From Nemertoderma westbladi (Eukaryota; Animalia; Xenacoelomorpha): DNA of 64,000 nucleotides. The notes beneath the pieces are model-generated. The model made no database searches. It was not told where the DNA came from and saw nothing but the letters and a program-made list of their open reading frames with translations. This document shows positions 1 to 12,213 of this stretch, piece after piece (the stretch's first letter is position 1; each line of letters opens with the position of its first letter). The DNA lies in the NCBI GenBank assembly GCA_032718475.1, contig JAUCBJ010006444.1, positions 1 through 64,000 on the forward strand. Direction: 5' to 3'. The position numbers and the translations under genes are program-made.

Positions 1-511
1 CACATGAAAGTTTTCTTATATGATAGATCAAAGATGGGGCCACATAACTATCAGGCGAAATTTTGTGAAATAATTCTGCACCGCGAGGTGGCGCTGCAAA
101 TTTATGCTAATTTTTTAGGTTTGTTATAAATAGTATTCAATTTTATTAACAAACAATTTGAAAAAGTTGTCTGATACTTTTATGAGGGGTGGTTATGTTA
201 AGACACCCACAGAAAGTTTCAGACAAATTGCTCAAAATTTGTAGATGTAGTAGGGTTTTGAACTCGACAATTTCAGAAAAAAATATTTGGAGATAATCGA
301 CCTTTAATAAAGTTATTTAAAAGTAATTTAAATAGGTCTCCATAAATAGAAATTGTTATAACTGGAAAACTAAATGAGCTATTAAATAGCGGTTTTCAGA
401 TTTGGAAACACCATTTAATCGTTCATTATAATCGATCATAAAAATAATTTCGACATATTTTGGACCAAAATGGTGTACACCCCCCCCCCCCCCCCCCCCC
501 CCCCTCCTTAA
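1..511. mobile_element. Partial non-autonomous DNA transposon-like sequence, running off the window start
   Basis: Non-coding, ends in GGTGTACA-C(n)-TCC followed by TTAA, resembling a TTAA-targeting TIR element end. Only one end is visible. Confidence 0.25.
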
Positions 512-898
512 ACAATTTCTTGTGGGGCGAGTCAAAACTGCGAGCCATCAGCGAACTGTTATTAGAAGACCGTCAAGGCTTATTGCTGTAAAAAAAACGT
601 CTGTTTGTGCTTGTGTGTGTGTTTTGGTGTATGTATGTTTGTTTGTGCACATAGATATTGGCTTTGAAGGGTAAGTGCTCTCTACTTGGTGGTCAACTAT
701 ACAAATAAATGTATCGATTATTTGGGTTCTTATTTCGGTTATTAATTATTATTTAACCGGGTAAAACTGAGCTAACGCTTTATAAAAATATCACAGGTCG
801 ATTCACCGTGTACCACTTTCTCAAAGTTTTTACTTTATTCGAGTGTTTAATATAAAGATGTATGTTCGAGTGTCGAAAACAGGTGGAAATACTGTAGT

Positions 899-1170
899 TA
901 TAGTTTATTATTATAAAATGGAGCGTTTAATTATGTAACTACAATATAATTATATTTCAACGTTAAGTAACGCCATTATCAATGAGTATAACTGTATTAG
1001 ATCTAAAATAGAATAAGTGGCCTAATAGGTTGCGGTTCTTACTCGCTACTGCAAAATAATTCAGTAATTGACTACCGGTAAGGTAAGGTAAGGTTACTTA
1101 ACCTATTATTTAAAAAATATTTTATTGTAGTTACATAATTAAACGCTCCATTTTATAATAATAAACTATA
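899..1170. repeat. MITE-like element with perfect 48-bp inverted repeats
   Basis: 899-946 (TATAGTTTATTATTATAAAATGGAGCGTTTAATTATGTAACTACAATA) is the exact reverse complement of 1123-1170. Internal (AGGTA)n tract. Confidence 0.6.
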
Positions 1171-1647
1171 AAGATGTATGATTATTTATTTTGTTTGTCA
1201 GTGTATCGAAGGCCAATAATTAGAGAAGGGGTACAGTCCATGTGTAAAATGAATGTAAAATGTGTAAATCTGATAAGTGACAAATATGTATATATAGGGA
1301 CATGAAATTCGTTATGGCATACCCATTACCCATACAGGGCGGCGACATCTGAGTCAGTCTTGGTGTATCATCAGACCCTTGTTCATGGGGTAACTAAAGG
1401 TGATAATAGAGTTCAAATCAAAGTGAGTTACGGTGAATTATATTACTCTACAGATCCCGTAAAAGTTCGACATCGAAAGTATTTTCTACCTGTCAGTAAT
1501 GAATGTCATTGCGATGTCACTAGTATATGTTATGGAAAGTCTGCAGTAGTGAAGTCATAAAAGTAGATAAGAAGTGCCGCCACTGACATTGTAATCTTTG
1601 TTATTAGACATTTACTTTTCAATCTCATGGACGACATTGCATTCACT

Positions 1648-3593
1648 TTAAAATCGAGTTATATTGGTGTTGTAAGGGTCTCCTAAGCCACGATTCTAAG
1701 TAAAACAATTATTTATTACATGGAAAAAAAAGTAGAACTTTTTTTTCTTTATTCTTGAGGCATTTTATTTACCGAGCGTCAGCGAGGTTAATAAAGGGTC
1801 GAGAGAATATTGAAAACAAAATGTTCTACGTTTTTTTTCCCATGTAAAACGTAATTTTATTCTTAAATTGTTACTTTATTTGTTCCCTTATTTCTTTAAT
1901 AAAACGTACAGCGATATAGCGCTACAAAATATATTGAACTATAATATTGCTTCCATAGTTACTGCGATTCCAATTACTGTAGGTACTCTTCAACTCCTGA
2001 TGCTGCCTTACTCAATGTTAAATAATTTAGTGTTCTCGAAAATTTATTACGTAACTAGTGAGCCGCTTAACTACATAACCCAATATTGGATACTAGAAAG
2101 CCAGCAAGCTGGCTGGAAGGAGCCCGGGGGAAAAATCCTAGCCAAGACTATTACAAAGAACTATGTCAGTCAGCAGTAAGTAAACTAAAATTGTCTAAAC
2201 TGCAAGGCGTGAGGCTAGCTGACTTTGTGGCTCGCCCCACATAATAAAAAATGCAACTTAGCTACCACTAACAAAAATATAATATGAAGCAAAAAATTTC
2301 ATTATCAAGAACGTTTACAAGATATAAGATGCGATTACCGAATATTTATAAAAAATGCCCATGATGCACAACCAGATAAATAACAACGAATAGAGCCAAA
2401 TAACAAATTTAATTTCCTTCTATAGGTATTACCCCGTCGTCAAGCGGAATATCTCTTCCCAGTGAATTCTATGTGAATATGTAATATAGGTACTCCTTAG
2501 GCGGTAGGCCCGAGCGGGCTCCTTAAATACATGCAACTACTGTATTATAGTGTAGGTCAACTATAAAACATTTTGCAATCCACAGTGAGTATCGACTGCA
2601 ATAGGACACAACACACTGCTTTGTGTAACTAAAATTCATTCTCCTGATCCACCCCTCAACATAGCAGAGTGAGTAACCTTATTGTAGATCTACCCTTAGG
2701 AAGCACTGGGAGAGCAATCAGCTTATGGGGTAATACATTATAAACCAACAGCTTATGTGTGAGTAAACATTGCCTTTCCTTATAGCCTACTTAGTAAAAC
2801 TTGGCAACCAACACGTTTTTCTATGACTGTGTATAACATATTAAGCCATATTTCATCATGAACACCAGCTGTTATTTTACCATTGCTTTTAATTTCGCGA
2901 CAAAACAATGTCAAAAAACTAAATATATCGAATACCACACATAGAATCGATCTGAAATTTTGTAACGCGATTATGAACTACCAAAGCAATGTACTTGCAA
3001 AATTTCATCAAAATCGCCAGGCAGGAAGTGCCTGAACCTGGATAATTATCAGTCAGTCAGTCAGTCAGTCAGTGTTATATATCCTGAGATTTTTACCAGA
3101 AAGTATTCCTGAGATTCCTACAGTAAGTATCCCGCTGTCAAGCGGGCTCCTAATTAAGGTCCGTTTTGGAGTTCGTCTTTCAGACACTAAAGTTGCAATT
3201 ACTTTTGAGTGTGTGAATGGATTTTGCTCAAATTACTTTCAAACCTTTTCAACGTCGATGCTCTTTCAACACATTTAATAAAATTTAAAAAATTCCACCA
3301 AAAATATTTTAGTTTGCTTTTTTCGCCGGGAAAAAAAGTAAAATCAATGTATTTCTATTGATTACTTTTTTTCCCTAGGGAAAAAAAGTGAAACCTTTTC
3401 TCCCGATTTTGGTGTATATTCGTGGGAAAAAGAGACAATTTAAGAATAAAATTCCTTTTATCATATGGCCATGTCGTGTTTTAACACACGTCTTCAGTGA
3501 TATAAATATATATTAAAATATATGATAAAAGGAATTTGTTTTACTTAGATTCGTGGCTTAGACCCTTAAAACAGCAATATAACTCGATTTTAA
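1648..3593. mobile_element. Non-autonomous TIR DNA transposon (~1.95 kb) with nested Helentron-like pieces
   Basis: ~60-bp imperfect TIRs (TTAAAATCGAGTTATATTG...TAAGCCACGA.TCTAAGTAAAAC) at 1648 and inverted at ~3535-3593. Second inverted block at ~1853-1880 versus ~3425-3453. No credible ORF. Confidence 0.6.
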
Positions 3594-4113
3594 TACTGTA
3601 TGTATTCGCCACAAACGACATGTTTCAAACTCGCTTCATATTTAAATTATTTTCACTGACACTGGAAACATGGCATTTTGGTAGATGGTGTGATATTTTG
3701 CATGTTGATTCTTGAAGCATGCTGTTATAAGAATACTTTTTTCGATTCGAAACACCCACACTATCAGTATTTTTGCTCGTATGATATAATACAAGCTATT
3801 CGAAATAATCTTGATTCCAGTGATCGAGAATATCACAAACGGTTTCAAACATTGTTCGCTAAGATGGCTGCAGCTTTTGCCGCACGAAGACTCAACTCGT
3901 GTCTGCTGTGACGGGATCGAGTTCAAGGATTCCGACCGGGTAGGGTTATACGCGTCACTTTCTGCTGGGCTGCTGAACTTATATCTTTGGACGAAGGCCG
4001 TCGGGAAAATAACAGAGTTTGTGTTTCTCGATGTTAATCCGTTCAAGACCACCGCTGACGTATCACATGTGACCAGCATATCAGCTACGGTCAATTTAAT
4101 AAACCGCCGTTAT

Positions 4114-7100
4114 ATGGTCTTCGCCAAAGTGATCCCGGTAAGAATCCAAGGGGTCGGAAAATCCTTAACAACACTCGCGTTCCTGGACAACGGGTCGGAC
4201 GGAACTATTATAGACAGGGATTTCCTCGAACAACTAGGCCTAGACTATGAACCCTGCAAGCGGCCCATACAGACTATAACCGACCATAAAGAAGTGGAGT
4301 CCGGAGAGGTACAACTCAGGATGGAAGGAGTTATGAAAGGCTACGAGGCTGTCAAACTAACGATTAAAAATGCTCTGGTGCATAACTGATCTCAGAGTGC
4401 GATTCCGACAATCATCCGAATATGCACCCCTCATACGGTTAGATCGGGAAGATGTGGATCTACGATGCCCACCGTTGGACGTGAACAGAATCACGCTATT
4501 AATCGGGCTCGATACACCGGAATTACATATACCGACCGGAGACATCGCCCGATCTGTAAAACCGGATGACGGTTTCTATGCGGAGCGCACCATCATGGGA
4601 TGGACACTCTGCGGCATCAAAGAAGAAACCACCGATACATATACATATCTTCCGAAATGCCAGATCAAAGAGAACGCAACATCTGTGGGTTACTGTTCAG
4701 CAACCGACCTGGACGAGGATTTATTCTTGGAAACTGAAAAAACCCAATGGGAAATGACAAAATATTTCAACTTAGAGACTCAAGAATTCGCTGAGAAGGA
4801 CGAGAATCCGTCCGAAGAAGATCAATATTGTATGGATGTTCTCGACCAGGCAACATTCAAAGATGGACATTGGTGCTTGCCCATGCTCTTGGAAAGACCC
4901 AGATAGACTGATGGCGAATAATGCCAGCATTGCCCTAAGGAGGCTCAAAGGTATCTTACGCCGGTTAAACGAGCTACCTGAGATAAAAGAGAAATATAAT
5001 AATGTGATTAAAGGTTATTTGGAAGATGGATTGGCGGAAATGGTGCCCCCGAATGAATTGCAGGGGACTAGACGGACATATTATCTCCCGACCGACTATG
5101 TGGTGGAAGCCCGGAAGGGCGGCAAAATCCGGGTAGTAAGTGACGCTGCAGCTATGTATCAGTGTGAATCCCTAAACAGCCAACTCTACACCGGGCCCAA
5201 CATCTACAGTACACTGATCGGCGTATTGATCAGGTTCCGAGAAAACAAAATAGCCTTCACATGCGACATCAAAGCGATGTTCCACCATGTCCGAACGCTA
5301 CCAAGAGACTCAGATTGCCTACGTATATTGTGGACAGATAAAACATTGACTCCACAAGAGATAAACCAACTCACCTTGAAGGATGTGGACGTAATGCGCA
5401 TGATTGTCAGAATCTTCGGTGCTAAGGACTCGCCGGTTGCATGTAACAACATGTTGAAGAAAACAGCGACTATGTGTGAAAATGAGTTCCCTCCGACAGT
5501 CATAGAGACCATCCGACGATGTTTCTACGTAGACGATGGATGCGCTGGTGCCAAGAACGTCGACGAGGCATATCAGCTGGCTATGGGAATGGTGGAATGT
5601 TTAAAGAGAGGAGGTTTCCCTCTTGTGAAGTTTAGATCCCACAATAAGGAACTTATGGAAATGTTCCCGGAAGAAATTAGGCTAGACGACAACAAAATAT
5701 ATTCCGAGGGTGTAGATCACCGCGTACTCGGTATCGAATGGGACATAGAACTGGATCAGTTCATCTTCAAACATAACCCCCTGCCCAAACCAATGACAAA
5801 GAAGGGATGTTTATCTGTAAAGAGCGCCATATTTGATCCATTAAACTTCATATCCCCAGTATCATTGGCCGGAATGAATTTGATCAAAGAAATGTGGATA
5901 GAAGGACTGGGATGGGACGAAGAACTCCCCCCACACCTCAGTGCCAAATGGAAGAAGTGGACGGAACAACTCGAACAGCTACACCTCATGCGGATCCCTC
6001 GACCGTTCTTCCTCGACAAACTACCCACCAATATATTCCAGCTCCATACTTTCTTGGATGCATCGAATACTGGAATCGGCGTAGTTACATTCCTAAGAAG
6101 ATTAAGTCAGGATGGAAATGGTGATACGAGCTTCTTATTCTCCAAGGCCAAGACGGTATCCAGGGAATTTGTGGCAACAATCCCGAGACTTGAGCTGCAG
6201 GCCGCAGTCTGGGCCGTGAGGCAGAACTGCATGATCATGCGGAACCTAAGAATCCCCATTGAATCGCAGCATTTCTGGGTTGATTCGAGTATAGTAACTA
6301 TCTCCACTCACCATCACGGCGACACACCACGTTTGTAGCGAACCGAGCCATGGAAATAAAACAATGTACCAACCGAGAACAATGGCATGGAAAAGAAACC
6401 CAGCGGACTTATCGAGCAGAGGCGCCACCCCACAACAGCTCAGTAAGAGTAAACTTTGGCTCACAGGCCTGGGGTTCTTAAAGCAACCACAACTAACCTG
6501 GAGCACCCGATTCGATCCCGAACTAGATAGCGGGAAATATTCGGAAGGCGACAAGAAGATTCGCAAAGTCCATGGAAGCGCCACTGTGGAAATCTAAAGT
6601 TGCCTGACTGAGCCTGCAAAGGACTCGGGCAGGCACTATAATGTTGCGACTACTGCGCAACCAGCCGCGTCCTTACAACTATTGATAGAGCGAACCTCCT
6701 CGATGAGACGTCTTATCCACCACGTCATGACTCTTCGTAACTTCTTGCAGTGGAAGGATAATAAACCGATAGTTCGACGAAGTATACAAGAACTCATTAT
6801 TGCGGAGAAATGTATTGTGAGATACGTCCAGAAAGAAAGTTTCCCCGATGAATGGGAACAGCTCAGCGCGGGGAGGACTTTGATACCTGACAGCCCAGTC
6901 TACCAGTTGAGACCCATGATGGGGGAAGATGGACTGATCCGACTAAATACCCGGATGGCAAACGCCCCGGTTGAATATCCGGCACTTTTGCCCGGAATGT
7001 CAACACTAGCTAAGCTATTAATCCAGCAGTATCACGAGGAAAACCATCACGCGGGCCAGAACTGGATTATGGCCAACATCCGGCAAAGATATTGGATCAC

Positions 7101-8205
7101 CCACATCCAGCCACTGATCCGGAAAGTCTTAAAACGATGTTTCCCTTGCAGACGATACCTAGCGCCACTGCTCACCCAAAGAATGGGCGACCTACTGGCT
7201 ACATGGCTGCAATCCGATTCACCGCCATTCTATGTAACCGGAGTAGACTGTTTCGGACCATTTACAGTCATCGAGCGGCGATCCAACATCAAATGCTGCG
7301 GAGCCATCTTCACATGCCTTAGGTCAAGGTCGATTTACCTAGACCTCGTAGTAAACCTCATGCAGCATGCCTTTATCAACGCTCTGCGTCGGTTCGTGGC
7401 AAACAACGGATCATGCCGGCATATGTACTCCGATAATGGAACGAACTTCGTGGGAGGAGAAAGGGAACTCAGAGAGGCTATCGAGGGATGGTTCACCGAC
7501 GAGACCGCATCCCAAGTCTGGAAGGAACACCATATACAATGGCACTTCCAAACGCCCTTAGCACCCCATACGAGCGGGGTATGGGAGAAACTCATCGACT
7601 TGGTGAAATGATCCATGCGCGTTGCATTAGGGGATACCTGGGTAACCCACGACACCCTTCGCACTACATTCTGCGAGATCACGGCCACCCTAAATAACCG
7701 GCCAATCGTACCCATCCACGATGACCCTACAGATCTGGAGCCTCTTACACCCAACCATCTACTTGGAAGACCCAAGACCAACATTCTTCCGGAGGCAATG
7801 TTCCCAGATCCCAATGATATTGCGAGACACACCAACTGGAAAAAGGCCCAAGCACTGGCAGCACACTGGTGGAGAATCTGGGCCCAAGTGTACCTCATAA
7901 CCCTCCGGACCAGGAGGAAGTGGAATAACACCTACCGGAACGTCGCAGTTGGCGACATGGTGCTTGTTAAGGAAGACCTTAAAGACCGTGTCCACTGGCC
8001 TATGGCACGAGTCATGGAAATAACCCCAAGCCAGGGCGGACTTGCGAGGACAGTGACGATACGGACGGCGAAGGGCCACTACCAACGCCCTATCCAGAAG
8101 CTGTGCCTTCTTGAAGGCAATGACAGCAGTGAATCTACGAGAGGTGATAAGTTCCCTACTCCAGATCCTGCTGCGGACATTGGTGACAATGATAAACCCG
8201 TTTAA
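4114..8205 (+). pseudogene. pol: BEL/Pao pol (protease, RT, RNase H, integrase), frameshifted and with stops
   Basis: Protease FLDNGSD; RT DIKAMF and FYVDD; RNase H LHTFLDAS, TIPRLELQAA and FWVDS; integrase H..NHH..CFPC, GVDCFGP, SDNGTNF, GVWEKL, PLTPNHLL and RPIQKLCLL. Split across six ORF fragments. Confidence 0.93.
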
Positions 8206-8483
8206 ACCCTTCTCATCCTGTTGACAAACTCTTTACATTTGATTTATCGACAATGAATAATGGACCCCCCTTAAACCAACTGTAACCACGCAATGGTATT
8301 TGTGTTTCCTCGTGTGTTATGTGGAGTCCAGCGTCACCCTGCAGATGTTTCGACTGATGCAGGGTAGTTTATGTATTGTTCACCCTGATTTTGGTCATCA
8401 GGACCAACTATATATTGGATTATTGGAAATGGTAAAGATTTGAAGTGGAATTCATTGTATCCATTGTGTTGTATTGTGTTGTC

Positions 8484-8905
8484 CATTGCGTGCGCAGTTC
8501 GGGGCGTAGGTGGTGTAACTATTCCAGCTGTAGATCCCAGATTGCCGCGCAACACCCCCTCTATCGCGTTATTGTGGTGGGTCCATGGTGCATCCACATG
8601 ACTTCGTCAATAGAGGTTTTATGTTTCTCAGTCGCGTTATTCTGGTGGGACCATTGCGTGGATTTTGGGGCATAGGCGGTGTAACTAGTCCAGCTGTAGA
8701 TCCCAGAATGTTGCGTAACCCCATCCCACATGACTTCGTCGGCTGAGCTTTATGTTGCTGGGAGTGTTATTCTGGTGGGTCCCTGGTGCATTCCACGTGA
8801 CTTCACTTCCAGCGTCTTCATTGTCCATTACGTGTGCAGTTTGGGGCGTAGGCGGTGTAACTAGCCCAGCTGTAGATCCCAGATTGCCGCGTAACACCCC
8901 TTCCA
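8484..8905 (+). repeat. Three diverged direct repeats in the BEL 3' intergenic region
   Basis: Core GGGGCRTAGGYGGTGTAACTA..CCAGCTGTAGATCCCAGA at ~8500, ~8667 and ~8842. Confidence 0.8.
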
Positions 8906-9436
8906 CAACGAAAATTTCCCAAAGAAGATGGTTGAATGTAGTTTGGAAATGATGAAAATAAACAGACAACCCTACTATAAACTGAATGATGACGCGTATG
9001 ATGATGAAAATGTGATCATGCGCACCCTGGTGCTGCGCTTATAACAAATGATGATAGCCGGGGGGCTATAACCCCAATGAAATGTGGAAATAAATGATGA
9101 AATGTGAGATAAATGATGAAATGTGATGAAATAATGACATGTGAAATGAATAATAAATGAGAAATAAAAAAGACAAAAAAAAATGTACAAAATGTAGAAA
9201 AGAAATGAATTGGAAAAAGAAGAGGACATAAAAAGTCAAAAAACTGGTTGGATAATAATGTATAGATATAGTAACTGTAAATACTGAATGTAGTAGCAAT
9301 AAGATGGTAGATGCCTATATAGCAATAATAATAAACTAAATTACAAATAACTGAATTATTCTGCAGTCGCTATAGAATCAGACTTTCTGGATTTATAACT
9401 AACTGATTTAAATTTGCAACGGACATAATTTAAAAT

Positions 9437-12022
9437 ATGGACTCAAATCGCCAGACTCTCGGCGAATTACGTAACATACTCGATTTACTGGAATATCCAC
9501 AGCCTGGATCTCCTAACTTTGATACGAAATGGAACGCCCTGATAACAGAGAATGTGTGAATCGTTAAATTCTCCGGGCGGGAGGAACCGGATTCCCGTAA
9601 TCTACGAGAGCTCCGATTGTCCTATGTTAGTACGAGCCTGAAAAGGACTCGGAACACAAAGGCAACCAGAGGAGAGGAGTTGTCGTTCTGGGATGCGTTC
9701 TGGCGAAGCGTCTACAAATCCCGGTGTTTGATATACGACAACGAGGGAAACGCGACGCCCACTTCGAAAGCGATTACGTTGGCGCGATGCCAAAGTTTCG
9801 TCGACGACAAGAGTACATACCTCGCCCACTGGGGAAACCTAGCGGAATGTACAGCGACGCTATGAGAGGAGCGTATATCAGTCATCCAGAACCGCGACGA
9901 CTACCAGGAGAAGTATGGGACGAAGGAATACGGTCGATCATTGGTCGTCGTCCTTGGAACCCTAGATGGTTTAGTGTTGATATGTCGAATCTTCCCAACA
10001 CCCAAACAAGAGGTGCGGACAGCCGGAGCGGTCTAGCTATTACCACTGGAGATCCAACAGATCCTATTCGATTTCGATGTTATTAAGATTGGGTCGGATA
10101 TAAAGGCGGATATCCGGAAGAACTACTCTAACGCCCCCTTCGGAAGAAACCGTCGAGAAGACCTTAACGCCATTGTCACTTCGTCGACACTCAAGCCCTG
10201 TTAGCCTGGTTGCGATCCACAGAATTCATGCGTGGATTCCGGGAAGTGGGACCAACGAAATCCAGTATCGGCTACCTCGCGGTGCTAAATGGCGGTATAG
10301 ACTTTAAACCACAGAAATTCCTGGACTATAACAAGATATATGGTGCACACCCGGAATTAGAGATAAAGAATGAGCGAGACAATCGTTGGAGGGACGTAGA
10401 AAGAAAATGAACGATCCACCAAAAATGGGAGAATCCGGATCGACGGAACTTTATCTACGTCACAATGGAATCATATACGGTTGCCAAGTTCATCTGCAAG
10501 ACTCTCGATAAACTCATTAATGCGGTTCCTAGATCCTTCATCGACTATGAGTGGAACGAGGTTATCGACCACGCGTTCAAAGCGGTAGAGAATATCCCAC
10601 CGGGAGATACAAAAACGCACAACGTTATCGCATCCTGGGATGATAACGGACCGTTCGACATCCCTACGATTGTTGATCTCCTCGGTGCAGAGGAACCATT
10701 GATATCATCGGATGGGGAGGAATTATGGCCACAGGAAGGTGTCCTGCTATCTACCCCAAAACGACAACTCGATCCGGAAGTTGCTTACGGACCAGCCGCC
10801 AAACGGGTCGCCGCGGCCGAACCTGCAACTGAGGCAGGCGTAACCACCCCGCTTGGCTCTGGCAGTCCTGCTAGAGAGCTAGTAACCACCTTCGCCCTTA
10901 GCGACTTCAGCGACCCATGTCAGAGGTTGTCTCCATATCCGTTCCCGGGAGGAGAAGACTTGTCATCGGAGATCCCAAGTACCAGCACCCAGTGGACCCG
11001 CTCAGCTATACAGGTTGTGAAGGGTCCCAGCATAGCTCCAACCCCTGTAGACCTCCTCGGAATTCCTTCGGCGAACGTACTGGCACCCCTTCGCCGACCA
11101 GCTGTGGCGACGGCACCCTCCATCCCACAAGACCCTATGAGACTCACCGGTGGTACGCCGAACAAACCGAGTGGATCCACCGCCAGAAATGGGCGCCCGG
11201 GATGCGACCGGCGGGCTATAAGGAAGGTTATCGTAGCGAGAACATACTCCGCAAAAGCCCAGCATTCCGCGGGCTACCGGCTACTGCAATTATCCCCAAA
11301 AATGACCGACGGCTGCCGATCCTGATATTCTTCGGCCGGGAGATGCAACTGGAGGTGTGCGGAAACTGCGGATCTTAACAGTGTCCACGCGGCAGGAGAC
11401 ATCGTGTTACCGAGTCATGTCTCCAGATCCTTGGGATACTTTACTGTCCCTATTGCGCTATATCAGGCCACGACGTATCGGTTTGTCCAACCCTCTACAA
11501 CCTCTGCACAAAATGCGGTTTCTGTGGGCATTCCGCAAGCCCCCGTTGTAACATAAAGTGTCCTACTAAGAACGCGACAGCTATGGGAAATATGGTTATG
11601 TTTGAAACATATGCCAATAATCATGTAAAGACCAAAGTGCGTAGAAGCGCTCGCAATGTCGCGCAAGAGATGGCATGCAGAGCGGATACTTCTCGTTCCC
11701 AGAACGCCTCCATACGGCAGCGACACTACCTTTCAATTATGTGGATTTACTATTGAGCGCTGGATTATTTGGTCCCTTCGAGATCCTCAGACGCCTATAC
11801 TCATACAAAGAAGCATTTGGCGATGGAGAGTGGTTTCTAGAGGCCCGCATCACCGAGTTGGAGAGACGGATGGACATGATACCACTACCATCCAAAGGAA
11901 GGGCTGCCAGGAGACAAGCTGCAGCGATGCTCGCGATGGACAATGATGCTCCCCTACCTGCACTGGCGATCGATGAGAGTAGACGGGCGAAGAGAAGGAA
12001 AGCGTATCAGAGTAAGAAATAG
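9437..12022 (+). pseudogene. BEL accessory ORF remnant (~850 codons) with C-terminal CCHC zinc knuckles, function unknown
   Basis: ATG at 9437 is in frame with ORF 9617-9865 (one intervening stop). A chain of sense fragments runs to 12022. Reading through the stop at 11376 gives CPYCAISGHDVSVC (11445-11486) and CTKCGFCGHSASPRC (11505-11549). Confidence 0.65.
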
Positions 12023-12213
12023 AAGACCAGGATATTCTATGGACATTTATATCGAACATTTATTTTTTATATCTACGTAAACTAACTCTAGGAAAAATTA
12101 ATCAGGACTATGCAATATTAAAATTTGGGTTTTTTATATGGGAAATGACCTACGCAAACTCGATCTACCGATAGACCTCACGAAGGTCATTGGGGGGGGG
12201 GGGGGGGGGGGAC

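Noticed and set aside
3600-4097. Possible pogo/Tigger transposase relic on the minus strand (RHELSLR motif)
   Set aside because: A single short motif amid many stops; not enough support.
8484-8905. Twister ribozyme in the triplicated repeats (TAAC..GCC..TCCCA)
   Set aside because: The downstream pseudoknot partner and AAGC/GAGGG-type elements are not present.
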